From positions 2,752,001 to 2,816,000 of the forward strand of contig CAXXLQ010000004.1 of NCBI GenBank assembly GCA_963668695.2: 64,000 bases of DNA. Direction: 5' to 3'. This document shows positions 27,784 to 37,521 of the stretch, one piece after another. The notes below the pieces were generated by a model that saw only the letters and a list, made by a program, of their open reading frames with translations, was not told where the DNA came from and did not search any database. The position numbers were made by a program, and so were the translations under genes. Position 1 is the stretch's first letter; every line of letters begins with the position of its first letter. The DNA comes from Vicinamibacteria bacterium. GTDB lineage: Bacteria > Acidobacteriota > Vicinamibacteria > Marinacidobacterales > Marinacidobacteraceae.

Positions 27784-30411
27784 ATGCTGCGAGTCACGGT
27801 TTGTGCACTGCTGGTCCTTGGTCCGGGACTTTCTGGAAGCTTGGCCGAGGCGCAGGTGCCGGCGCCGGCGGATGTCCTCGGTTTCGAGCCCGGGGACGAC
27901 TACCAGCTCGCGCTGTGGGGAGAACTGACCCCCTACTACGAGCAGCTCGCGGCAGCGAGTGATCGGGTCGAACTCCGGCAGATCGGCGAAACCGTCCTCG
28001 GGAAGCCGCTTCTCGTCCTCTTCATCTCCTCACCGGAGAACCTCGCGGAGCTGGACCGGCACCGGGCGAATGCCCGCGCGCTGGCCCACGCAGCGATTCC
28101 GGAAGAGGAGGCGGTGCGCCTGTCCCGCGAAGGCAAGGCGGTCGTCTGGATTGACGCCGGACTGCATGCCACCGAGGTGGCGCCGGCGCAGATGATGCCG
28201 CTCCTCGCCCACCGGGTCGCCACCGAGGAATCGGAGGAGACGCGGAAGATCCGCGACGAGGTGATTCTCATCCTCATGCCCTCCATGAACCCCGACGGAC
28301 TCGACATCGTCGCGTCCTGGTACCGCCGGAACCTCAAGACCCCCTTCGAGACCACCCGGCCGCCCGAGCTCTACCACCACTACGTCGGGCACGACAACAA
28401 CCGGGACTGGTTCATGAACAACATGCCCGAGACGGCGGCGGTGAGCCGGGTCCTCTACCACGAGTGGTTCCCCCAGATCGTCTACAACCATCATCAGACG
28501 GGGCCGGCCTGGGCCCGGATCTTCCTGCCGCCCTTCGCGGACCCGGTGAATCCCAAGATCCATCCCGGAGTCACGACTGCGGTGAACCTGATCGGTTCGG
28601 CGATGGCGAACCGCTTCGCGATGAAGAAGATGCCGGGCGCGGTCTCGGACATGATCTACTCGATGTGGTGGAACGGGGGTATGCGCACCACCCCCTATTT
28701 CCACAACATGATCGGTCTGCTGACCGAGACTTCGCACGCCTCGGCGAGTCCGAGGATGTACGACCCCGAGGAACGCCCGGAGTTCGTCGGCAATCCCCGC
28801 CGGGGGCAGGCGGCTCCCACGAACGGCACGGATGTCTTCTATCCCTATCCCTGGCCCGGCGGGGAATCGTCCTTTTCCGATCCGGTCCGCTACACGCTCA
28901 CCGCTTCGATAGCGGTGCTGGACGTGGCGGCCGACCTTCGCGAGAAGTGGCTCTTCGACATCTGGCGAATGGGCCGCGACGCGATCGAGGGGAGCGATGC
29001 GAGCTGGATCGTGCCAGCCGACCAGTGGGACCCGGGGGAGGCCGCGGCGCTCGTGAACGTGCTTTATGACGGGGGCATCGCCATCGAGCGGGCGGAAGAA
29101 GCGTTCGAGATCGACGGAGAAACCTACGGCGAGGGCACCTACATCATCCCTGGAGCCCAGGCGTTTCGCGCGTATGCCGACGACCTGCTCGAGCCGCAGG
29201 AGTACCCCGACCGGCGTCGCACCCCCGACGGGCCGCCCGATCCCCCGTACGATCTGGCGGGCTGGACGCTGCCCATGCAGATGGGGGTGCGGGTGGATCG
29301 CGTCACGGAGGTTCCGGAGGTCGCATCCGCGCCGGTGGACGCTCCGGTTCGCGCCCCCGCGGGAGAAATCTCCCCAGGCGCTTCCTTCGGCTATGCGATT
29401 TCGCACCAGCCGAACGCCGCGGTGATTGCCCAGAACCGGCTGCTCGCTGCGGGCGCCGAGGTCTCCTGGGCCGTGGAGGAATTCCGCGACCAGGGGACCG
29501 ACTACCCGGCGGGCACCCTCGTCGTGCGTAAATCGGATCCCGCCGACGCCGCAATGGAAGGAATTGCCTCGGAGCTCGGCCTCGACGTTCGAGGGCTCGC
29601 CGACGCGCCCGGAGTGGAACTCCTCCCGCTGGAACCGGTGCGGGTGGGGCTCTACAAGTCGTACGTCGCGAGCATGGACGAGGGTTGGACCCGCTGGCTG
29701 CTCGAGAACTACGAATACGACCTCACCAGCCTTTCCGACGACGACGTGCGGACCGGCGACCTCTCGCGCCTGGACGTGATCGTCCTGCCGCACCAGACCC
29801 CGGAAGCCATCCTGCAGGGACACGCCCCAGGCACCATGCCGGACGAGTTCACCGGGGGCATTGGCCTTGAGGGATCGCTGGCGCTCAGCCGCTTCGTCGA
29901 GGAGGGCGGGATGCTGCTGACGCTCGACGGCGCGAGCGATTTCGCGATCGCCCAGTTCGGCCTTCCCCTGAAGAACGTCACCGCCGGGTTGGGCGACCGC
30001 CAGTTCTTCATCCCGGGCTCTCTTATCCGGGCCACGGTCGATACCTCCCACCCACTGGCCTTCGGGATGCGCGACGAAGTGGCGACCCAGTTCGTCAGCA
30101 GCCGGGCCTTCGACACCGTGAGCCTGCCGCGGACCCGTGAGGGGGGAGAAGAAACCACCATGGAGCCGCCCCCCGCCAACGTGGAAGCGATCGCTCACTA
30201 CGCCGAGGAGGACATCCTCATGAGCGGTTGGGCGCTCGGCGAGGAGGACGCGATCGGCGGCAAGATCGCCATGGCCCGGGTGCCGATGGGCGCGGGCGAG
30301 GTCGTGCTCTTCGGCTTCCGGCCCCAATTCCGGGGTCAGCCGCGCGGGACCTACAAGTTGTTCCTGAATGCGCTGAACGGCGCCACCGTGGAGGATCTCG
30401 GGGCGCGGTAG
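27784..30411 (+). CDS. second M14 zinc carboxypeptidase-like paralog
   Basis: LHATE, NPDG, HDNNRD, NHHQ; same architecture as 18412-21039. Confidence 0.85.
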   Translation: MLRVTVCALLVLGPGLSGSLAEAQVPAPADVLGFEPGDDYQLALWGELTPYYEQLAAASDRVELRQIGETVLGKPLLVLFISSPENLAELDRHRANARALAHAAIPEEEAVRLSREGKAVVWIDAGLHATEVAPAQMMPLLAHRVATEESEETRKIRDEVILILMPSMNPDGLDIVASWYRRNLKTPFETTRPPELYHHYVGHDNNRDWFMNNMPETAAVSRVLYHEWFPQIVYNHHQTGPAWARIFLPPFADPVNPKIHPGVTTAVNLIGSAMANRFAMKKMPGAVSDMIYSMWWNGGMRTTPYFHNMIGLLTETSHASASPRMYDPEERPEFVGNPRRGQAAPTNGTDVFYPYPWPGGESSFSDPVRYTLTASIAVLDVAADLREKWLFDIWRMGRDAIEGSDASWIVPADQWDPGEAAALVNVLYDGGIAIERAEEAFEIDGETYGEGTYIIPGAQAFRAYADDLLEPQEYPDRRRTPDGPPDPPYDLAGWTLPMQMGVRVDRVTEVPEVASAPVDAPVRAPAGEISPGASFGYAISHQPNAAVIAQNRLLAAGAEVSWAVEEFRDQGTDYPAGTLVVRKSDPADAAMEGIASELGLDVRGLADAPGVELLPLEPVRVGLYKSYVASMDEGWTRWLLENYEYDLTSLSDDDVRTGDLSRLDVIVLPHQTPEAILQGHAPGTMPDEFTGGIGLEGSLALSRFVEEGGMLLTLDGASDFAIAQFGLPLKNVTAGLGDRQFFIPGSLIRATVDTSHPLAFGMRDEVATQFVSSRAFDTVSLPRTREGGEETTMEPPPANVEAIAHYAEEDILMSGWALGEEDAIGGKIAMARVPMGAGEVVLFGFRPQFRGQPRGTYKLFLNALNGATVEDLGAR

Positions 30412-30441
30412 GTCGAACTGGCGTTAGAATCCGCGCTTTCT

Positions 30442-30708
30442 ATGGCCAGAATCTGCAAGTTGACCGGAAAGCGTCCTCTGTCGGGGAACTCCATCAGCCA
30501 TGCCCACAACAAGACGAGGCGGCGTCAGCTTCCCAACCTGCAGTGGAAATCCGTGTGGGTTCCGGAACTGGAGCGGTCCGTCAGGCTGCGCCTCACGACC
30601 AGCGCCCTTCGCACGATTGACAAGAAGGGTCTGATCACCTACCTGAAGGACGAGGGCCTGCGCCTCCGGGATGTCCTCCCGGCCCGCGCCCACTTCCGCA
30701 ACCTGTAA
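30442..30708 (+). CDS. rpmB: 50S ribosomal protein L28
   Basis: MARICKLTGK..GNSISHAHNKTRRR..PNLQ. Confidence 0.96.
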   Translation: MARICKLTGKRPLSGNSISHAHNKTRRRQLPNLQWKSVWVPELERSVRLRLTTSALRTIDKKGLITYLKDEGLRLRDVLPARAHFRNL

Positions 30709-30755
30709 GGGTCGGTAGGGGCTCCCCCGACCGAGTAGAAGCACGGGGACGGCTT

Positions 30756-30863
30756 GGAACGCCGACCTCCGGTCGGCACCGCCCCGTGGAGCGGGGCGAA
30801 AGCGCGTATCGCCAATCCGCGGGAAGAACGGTCCGTAAGGGAACGCCAGACCTCCGGTCGGCA
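30756..30863. repeat. pair of REP-like palindromes GGAACGCC(A)GACCTCCGGTCGGCA
   Basis: Copies at 30756-30778 and 30840-30863, each a GCCGACC-TCC-GGTCGGC hairpin. Confidence 0.6.
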
Positions 30864-31145
30864 TCGCGGCCTGCAGGGCCGTGAAACCATCTACTGCCAA
30901 TCCCCGCACGGACCGCGCGAGGTGGCAGTAGAACCGCGACTGGGAGGACACCAGACGTTCCGTTGCGCGAAGTTGCGGGACACGGGACGGCCGGTTTGGG
31001 TTCGCGGATGACTCAACGAGGTGTCGGAGCGACAAGACACGGTAGCAAGGAATACGAAGTTCCTGAACGGAAGCGGTGGCTTATCTGGTGTAAGGAAGGG
31101 AGGGGAATAGTCCGCTCTCGGGAAACGCCAATAGGAGGCAAAGCA

Positions 31146-32119
31146 ATGATGACAAACAGAGAAAAGCTCAAGACGGTTACACGAAGGCAACACTACGTCT
31201 GGCGCCACTACTTGGAGGCTTGGGCCGAGAGCAACAGAACGATTCGGGTCCTGCGCGAGGGCCGCAGTTTCGCTGCTGACCCGAAGAATGTAATGGTGCA
31301 GCGTGACTACTACCGAGTGCCGCAGATGACCGAGTCCGACCTTACTATCGTGGCTGGGCTAACGAGGACAGGGAACTCCGTGCTAGACGGTATGAATCTG
31401 AGATTGGCACGGCAGTTTGCCGCTATTGGAAGGGTGTCGTCCGTGATTCAGTCCCTCAGCGGGATATCAGATGACGACAAGAGGATGGCGGAAGCGACCG
31501 CGATCGAAGCGGAGGAGAATCTTCATGGTGCTATCGAACAAGAAGCGGTTTCTATGCTTGCCGAGTTGCGGGAGCAGGACGTTGATTTCTTGGAGAGTTC
31601 TGATGATGCAGCGGGCTTCTACCACTATTTGGCTCAACAGTATTTCCGCACGAAACGACGTCGAGAGCCGATTGCGAGAGTGTTGGAGGAAATGTCGGGT
31701 GACAGAAGCCACCTCAAGAATCTGGTGTGTCACCTTATGGCTGTGACGGTGGGCGGCCGCCTGTTCCGTGACCGGAGCGGGCTAGAGGTGCTGTTCTTGG
31801 AGAACGCAACGAATTCGGAACTCGTGACGGGAGATCAGCCCATCGTGAACCTATTGGGACGGATGGCGAGGAGTCGCCCACCGACCTGGCTCTGTACTAT
31901 CCGCTGACACCTGCTCTCGGGATGGTACTGGCTCCAGCGGGCTACCAGACTGCTGTCGTGGACACTACTGCTGTTCGGGAACTCAACGATTTGATCGCGT
32001 ACGAGTCGGCGGAATTCCTGGTCGCACAGTCGGCGAATTCTCTGGACGTGTACGCGACGCAGGGACTGCCACAAACCAGACCGGTGTGCCGTATCCTAGT
32101 AACCTCACGAGAGAGCTAA
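31146..32119 (+). CDS. DUF4238 domain protein, frameshifted near 31858
   Basis: RQHYVWRHYLEAW N-terminal motif and TGDQPIVN...YYPLTP (second frame); visibly lower GC than neighbours. Confidence 0.7.
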
Positions 32120-32162
32120 GAGGGGCACATGGGCTCGTAACCGCCGAGCGCGCCGACCCGCG

Positions 32163-32576
32163 TCAGGCGGGCAGGAAACCCTGCTCCCCGAAATGCGCGT
32201 CAAACGTGAACGCGTGCCGGATCCGCCGGTCCCGCATCACCTCGAAGGAGAGCCAGTCCACCAGGGAGACATTGCGCCGGGCAGCGGCGAGCATCGCCGC
32301 CGTGGCGCGCCGGTGGAGCTTTTCGTCGATCCAGACGATTTCAGCGACCGGAAGCAGCCCGTCGTGGAGCTGGCGAACCGCCCGCATGCCCAATCGCCGC
32401 GCGATGAGCGCGCTCGATTCCACGAGGATGGCGTGGTGGGTGACGAGGAGCTTCTGCCCCGTCCGAACGCCGGCCAGCAGGCGATCCCAGGTGTGCTTGG
32501 CGTCGTCATGGAACCGGTCCTCGGCGTTAAGGAGAGCGATCAACGCCGACGTATCGAGGAAAACGGAAACCGTCAC
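32163..32576 (-). CDS. vapC: VapC PIN-domain toxin
   Basis: VFLDTSALIA, ILVES, SLVDWLS, FTFDAHF acidic tetrad. Confidence 0.9.
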   Translation of the reverse strand: MTVSVFLDTSALIALLNAEDRFHDDAKHTWDRLLAGVRTGQKLLVTHHAILVESSALIARRLGMRAVRQLHDGLLPVAEIVWIDEKLHRRATAAMLAAARRNVSLVDWLSFEVMRDRRIRHAFTFDAHFGEQGFLPA

Positions 32577-33037
32577 TCCGGCGGCTGCCGCCTCCCCATC
32601 TCCTCAACCAGGATCTCCGCGAACGCCTCGTCGTGTTTCTCGGCGAGGTCGGTACATCCGGAGCGGAAAGCCCCGACCGGCCGCTTGGCGCGCTCGATGA
32701 GGTCGGCGAGCGCGTTGTCTCCGACGTAGGCGTCGAGCGCCTGGCGCAGCAGACCGTCCGGCGACACGCCGAGTTCCGCCGCCAGACGGTGTAACCGCTG
32801 CTTCGCATTCTCGTCCACATCTCCGGCGGTGTCCGAGCCGTAGGGTTGGACCGCCTCCTCTACCCCCGCGGCGCCCGGGGCCGTCGTTGCCTCCGCCTGG
32901 CTCGAGGCGATGACCGGTAACAGGCGCGCGACGGGGCGGCCCCATTTGGTGATGGTTACCGGAGTGCGGGACGCGGCGACTTCGTCGAGGATCCTCAGGC
33001 AGGTGTCCTTGAACTTCCCGGCGGAGATGGAACGCAT
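32573..33037 (-). CDS. Phd/YefM antitoxin fused to a second RHH/VapB-like antitoxin domain
   Basis: MRSISAGKFKDTCLRILDEV...ITKWGRPVARL, then RLHRLAAELGVSPDGLLRQAL...GAFRSGCTDLAEKHD; overlaps the vapC start. Confidence 0.75.
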   Translation of the reverse strand: MRSISAGKFKDTCLRILDEVAASRTPVTITKWGRPVARLLPVIASSQAEATTAPGAAGVEEAVQPYGSDTAGDVDENAKQRLHRLAAELGVSPDGLLRQALDAYVGDNALADLIERAKRPVGAFRSGCTDLAEKHDEAFAEILVEEMGRRQPPE

Positions 33038-33043
33038 GAGCAA

Positions 33044-33061
33044 AGTATAGCCATGGCCATA
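33044..33061 (-). promoter_or_regulatory. -10 box (TATACT) with overlapping palindromic operator for the TA operon
   Basis: TATAGCCATGGCCATA (14/16 palindrome) at 33046-33061; -10 box lies 6 nt from the ATG. Confidence 0.55.
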
Positions 33062-33181
33062 TTCCCGTCCCGTGGACAACTGGGGCCAGCCCTGGACGTG
33101 TTCCTTAGAATCGGACGCGGGGCGCACTGCGCGAAGGACGGGCTTTTTGCGGGGGTTGCGCCTCCCCTTCAGGCCGGTGCC

Positions 33182-33688
33182 ATGACACAACGCGAATGGG
33201 TCGCAAGGATCCGGCCTCGGCTTGCGGAGGTGTTGCCGGACTTCACGGTGGAGGCCGACCGGAAGCTGCGCTACGCCCGGGAGATCCGAGACTTCGAACT
33301 GCCGGAGCCGGGGACCCCGCTTTCGCTGAAAGGCGACGAGAGCGTCGGGCCCTTCGCCATTGATCTGCTGGTGGGCGAAGAGGTGAGCGCTTCGGTCTGG
33401 CGCCCCCGAGTGGCGCTTGAAGTCAAGATCGGAATCACCCTGCAGGACGCGGTCAGCGACGCTCAGAAAGCGTTTCTTCACAAAACCGTCTCGCCGTATC
33501 TGCGCTACGGCGTCCTTCTCCTGGGCTCCGCCGGCGACTCCCGCGAGCTGCTCATTCCCAAAAACGGCCATCTTGACTTCGTGATGTCATTGCCCGGGAT
33601 GGAACTGACGCCGGCGGACATCGAGACGCTGGCAAGACTCATTTGTCAGGAGGCGGGGGCGTCCCGACGACTGGAAGAGCTCGGGTGA
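33182..33688 (+). CDS. hypothetical protein, possible PD-(D/E)xK nuclease fold
   Basis: IDLLV...ALEVK spacing resembles the PD-(D/E)xK catalytic motif. Confidence 0.5.
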   Translation: MTQREWVARIRPRLAEVLPDFTVEADRKLRYAREIRDFELPEPGTPLSLKGDESVGPFAIDLLVGEEVSASVWRPRVALEVKIGITLQDAVSDAQKAFLHKTVSPYLRYGVLLLGSAGDSRELLIPKNGHLDFVMSLPGMELTPADIETLARLICQEAGASRRLEELG

Positions 33689-33859
33689 TCGAAGGCTCAC
33701 CCGCGGCAGATCACACGCTTTGCCGGGCCGGGCGCCATTTGCGCGGCTGGTGACGGGAGTTTCGCGTCCTTCGGCCGCGATGCCGGTCTGAAGGCCCCCA
33801 CCGGGAGGACTGGCCGGCGCTCCGAGCCCGGCTTCCGTAGAATCGGCTCCCCGAGAGGA

Positions 33860-36460
33860 ATGTCCATGTACCTGCGTCTCAGCTTCGCCCTCCTCCTGCT
33901 GGCGGCCACTCCGCTTTTCGCTCAGCCCCAGCGCTGGCCGCCGCCACCAATCATCCAGGGGGTTGCGGAGGCGTATCCGCCGGCGCGCCACGGTGGGAAC
34001 TACATGCACAACTACTACTTCCCGCCGGCGCCGAGCAGCACTCCCTGGGCTCCCGCCTGGTCACCGGACGGGAAGTCGATCGCGGTGGCGATGTCCGGCT
34101 CCATCTGGCGCGTGGATCCTGAAACGGGGATTGCCGACGAACTGACGTCCGGCCCCGGATACCACTCGCTCCCCACCTGGTCTCCCGACGGGAGACACAT
34201 CGTCTTCACGGTGGACCGAAACGGCGAGACCATCGGCCTCGCGATCACGGACCTGGCCACCGGGGAAATCCGTTCTCTCACGAACGATGAGTTCCTTTAC
34301 ACCGATCCGGCGTTCTCGCCGGACGGGACGCGGCTCGCCTACGTGTCCACGAAGCCATCGGGCTACTTCAACGTCTATGTCCGTGAGTTCGCGAACGGCG
34401 AACTCGGTTCCGAAGAGATGGCGCTTACCAGGGACGAGAACTACGGCAAGGAGCGGCTCTACTTCGGCTCCTGGGACATGCACATCACACCGGCCTGGAT
34501 GCCCGACTCCCGGGAACTGCTGATGGTCTCCAATCACGAGGTGCCGCTCGGCTCGGGGAACGTCATCCGGACTCCGATGGCGGTAGACGGCTTCGAAGAG
34601 GGCGTGACGGTGCTCGCGGAACAGTCGCTCTACCGGAGTCGTCCGGATGTCTCCATCGACGGGAAGCGGTTCATCTATTCCTCGACCGCCGGTGCGGCGG
34701 ATCAGTTCTCGAACCTCTACGTCCAGCCGACCGACGGCGGGTCGCCCTACAAGCTGACCTTCTTCGAGCACGACGCCTTCCATCCCCGCTGGTCGCCGAA
34801 CGGCGAGTGGATCGCCTATGTGGACAACTCCGGGGGACTCCCGCAGCTCGCGCTGCTCGAGACCTACGGCGGCAAGCGGCGCGTCGTCGAGATCACCCGG
34901 CGCAACTGGAGCCGACCGATGGGGGTGCTCTCGGTGCGTACGGTGGATGACGCGACCGGCGAGGAGGTCGCTGCCCGGATTCACCTGCGGGCCTCCGACA
35001 CCCGGTTCTACGCCCCGCCGGACGCCTACGCCCGGATCGGGGGCGCCGATGAGCACTCCTTCCACCAGCCAGGCAGTTTCCGGATGGAAGTCCCGGTGGG
35101 ACCCCTCGAGATCGAGGCGGTGCGCGGCTTCGAGCACGAACCCCTGAGCGCCAGTGTGGAGATCGCGGCCGGCGACGTCACCGAGCTGACGCTGCGGCTC
35201 GTTCGGATCACCGACATGGCGGCCAAGGGATGGTGGAGCGGCTCCACTCACGTCCACATGAACTACGCCGGCAACCTGCACAACACGCTGGAGAACCTGA
35301 TGTTCATGTCGGACGCCGAGGACCAGGACGTAGTGCTGGAACAGGTCGCCAACAAGGACAACCGCATTCTGGACTACCAGCACTTCATCCCCGGCGGCGA
35401 GGAGCATCCGCTTTCCACCGAAGATCGGGTGCTGGTGGTGGGACAGGAATACCGGCCACCCTTCTACGGCCACGTCTTTCTCTTCGGGATGAAGGAGCAC
35501 CTCCTCTCGCCCTACACCACCGGCTACGAGGGAACCGGAATCGAGAGCCTCTATCCGTCGAACACCGACATGTTCCGGAAGGCGAGAGCCCAGGGCGCGA
35601 CCGTCGGCTATGTGCACGCGTTCTTCGGGGAGAACGATCCGCTCGTCGGCCCGGGCGGAAGTCCCGGGAACCTGGGTGGCGCCAAGGGATACATGGTGGA
35701 TGCCGCGCTCGGCACCACGGATGCGGTCGAGTGGTCCTCCGCGTCACGGGCCGGGTTCTTTCCCTGGTACGCCACGCTGAACAACGGCCTCCGGGTCACT
35801 GCGGTGGGCGGCGAGGACTCGATCAGCAACATGCAGCGGTCCAAGCTGGTCGGCTCGGTCCGCACCTACGTGCACACCGGAGAACGGGGACTGGATCTCG
35901 ACGCTTTCCTCGAAGGGATCCGGGAGGGCAGGGCCTTCGTGAGTTGCGGGCCCGTGCTCGACTTCCGCGTAGAGGGCCGGATCCCGGGGGACGACGTGCA
36001 GCTTCCCGAATCGGGAGGCGAAGTGGAGTGGAGCGCGTGGGTGCGCTCCTCGACGCCGCTCCAGCGGGCCTGGGTGGTCTCGGGGGGCGTGGACGTGGCC
36101 GAGGTGCCGCTGTCGGAGGATCGGCGCTCCGCCCGGGCCACCGGCCAGGTCACCATGGACCGGAGCGGCTGGCTGATCCTCCGGGCGGAAGGTTCCCCGG
36201 AGGAGGCGCGCCCGCTCGACTGCAGCTACGCGCAGGCGTTCACCAATCCGGTCTGGGTCAGGGCAGGGGAGCAGCCGGTCCGGAGCGCCGCCGCCGCCGA
36301 ATACTCCATCCGCTGGATCGACCGGCTCCGCCAGTTGGCTGAAGAATGGGAGTACTGGCGCTCGGACGCCGAGAAGGCGCATGTCTATGCCCAGTTCGAC
36401 GAGGCCCGCGCGATCTACCAGGGGTTCCTGGCCGAGGCCCGCGCGCTGGGCCGGGAATGA
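33860..36460 (+). CDS. secreted TolB-like (PD40) beta-propeller fused to a CehA/McbA-family PHP-like metallohydrolase
   Basis: Repeated P.WSPDG motifs; GSTHVHM, GQEYR...GH, GGEDS in the C-terminal domain. Confidence 0.8.
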   Translation: MSMYLRLSFALLLLAATPLFAQPQRWPPPPIIQGVAEAYPPARHGGNYMHNYYFPPAPSSTPWAPAWSPDGKSIAVAMSGSIWRVDPETGIADELTSGPGYHSLPTWSPDGRHIVFTVDRNGETIGLAITDLATGEIRSLTNDEFLYTDPAFSPDGTRLAYVSTKPSGYFNVYVREFANGELGSEEMALTRDENYGKERLYFGSWDMHITPAWMPDSRELLMVSNHEVPLGSGNVIRTPMAVDGFEEGVTVLAEQSLYRSRPDVSIDGKRFIYSSTAGAADQFSNLYVQPTDGGSPYKLTFFEHDAFHPRWSPNGEWIAYVDNSGGLPQLALLETYGGKRRVVEITRRNWSRPMGVLSVRTVDDATGEEVAARIHLRASDTRFYAPPDAYARIGGADEHSFHQPGSFRMEVPVGPLEIEAVRGFEHEPLSASVEIAAGDVTELTLRLVRITDMAAKGWWSGSTHVHMNYAGNLHNTLENLMFMSDAEDQDVVLEQVANKDNRILDYQHFIPGGEEHPLSTEDRVLVVGQEYRPPFYGHVFLFGMKEHLLSPYTTGYEGTGIESLYPSNTDMFRKARAQGATVGYVHAFFGENDPLVGPGGSPGNLGGAKGYMVDAALGTTDAVEWSSASRAGFFPWYATLNNGLRVTAVGGEDSISNMQRSKLVGSVRTYVHTGERGLDLDAFLEGIREGRAFVSCGPVLDFRVEGRIPGDDVQLPESGGEVEWSAWVRSSTPLQRAWVVSGGVDVAEVPLSEDRRSARATGQVTMDRSGWLILRAEGSPEEARPLDCSYAQAFTNPVWVRAGEQPVRSAAAAEYSIRWIDRLRQLAEEWEYWRSDAEKAHVYAQFDEARAIYQGFLAEARALGRE

Positions 36461-36530
36461 CGGAGCGGACTGCCGGGAATCGTCCCGGCGACGCTTCGGG
36501 GTTTTCGTTATCGCCTGATACGCTCGCGAT

Positions 36531-36872
36531 ATGAGTCTGGTGGGGCGCGCCTTCGGCACGAAAGCGCCGTTTGTCGCGGCCAGCCAGATCGACGAAGTTC
36601 TGAGCGGCGGGCGCGTCCTGCTGCTCGACGTACGGACGGCTCTGGAACTCGCGGAGTCGGGGACCATTCCCGGCGCGGTCCATATTCACCTCGGAGAACT
36701 CGCGGAGCGGGTGGAAGAACTGCCCCGCGACCGTCCGGTGCTCACTACTTGAATGGTGGGACCACGCGCCGCGCGGGCCGCGGCCATTTTGGAAAACGCA
36801 GGATTCGAGGTCGTTGGTTTCAGCGGCCTCAAGCAATACACGGGCGTCCGGGAATACCGGCCGCTCGATTGA
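36531..36872 (+). CDS. rhodanese-domain putative selenoprotein (Sec at TGA 36750-36752)
   Basis: LLDVRT..E...G.IPGAVHI...LP.DRPVLTT[TGA]MVGPRAARAAAIL..AGF: the TGA occupies the active-site Cys slot and the fold continues in frame to TGA 36870. Confidence 0.85.
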
Positions 36873-36880
36873 TTCCTGAA

Positions 36881-37049
36881 CAGCCTGTGAACAAAGTCAC
36901 GCGGCATTCGACCGGCGATGCATCCCGGCTGAACCGCGTTGCTCGTCGTTGCACTTCGGTCGAAATACAGCCAGTACTCCTCCCTCGTGCGCCTTGTCAG
37001 CCGGGCGCCTCACCGGTCTCGGTGCTCACGTCACTTTGTCCACAGGCTG
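36881..37049 (+). mobile_element. MITE family A copy 8 (169 bp) between the two rhodanese genes
   Basis: TIRs present; flanks TGAA/TTAA; right flank abuts the AGGAGG RBS of the next gene. Confidence 0.88.
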
Positions 37050-37065
37050 TTAAAGGAGGTCCATT

Positions 37066-37506
37066 GTGAAACGGACTCTTTCCCTTGCCGGTGTCGCCTT
37101 GGCGGCAGCGGTTCTCGGATGGGGCTGCGGAGGCGGTGAGCCTCCGGCCGAGGAAAGTGCGGCGCCCGAGCCCGCGGCGCCGGAACCGGCCCCGGCCCCG
37201 CGGGTCGAAGCTGAGGAAATCGACGCGGCTCTTGCGGCCGGCGCCGTCCTCCTCGACGTTCGCACCGATGAGGAGCTCGCCGAGCACGGCACGATCGACG
37301 GCTTCATCCACATTCCGATTGACGAACTGGAGGCGAGGATCGGTGAACTCCCGACCGGAGTTCCCGTCCTCACTGCTTGACAGGGTGGCGGAAGAGCCGC
37401 GCGTGCCGCGGAGCTGCTACAAGCAAACGGATACGAAGTCGTCGGTTTCTGTGGCCTGAGAGGCTACGAGGGAGAGCGGGTCTTTCCCGGAGCCTCGGGT
37501 AACTGA
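37066..37506 (+). CDS. lipoprotein rhodanese, putative selenoprotein (Sec at TGA 37378-37380)
   Basis: Signal peptide with lipobox-like LGWGC, Pro/Ala linker, LLDVRT, PVLTA[TGA]QGGGRAARAAELL..NGY in frame to TGA 37504. Confidence 0.85.
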
Positions 37507-37521
37507 TCCAGGCGAAACGGG

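Noticed and set aside
31855-31862. Biological frameshift in the DUF4238 gene
   Set aside because: A single missing base in a short G run; cannot be distinguished from sequencing error
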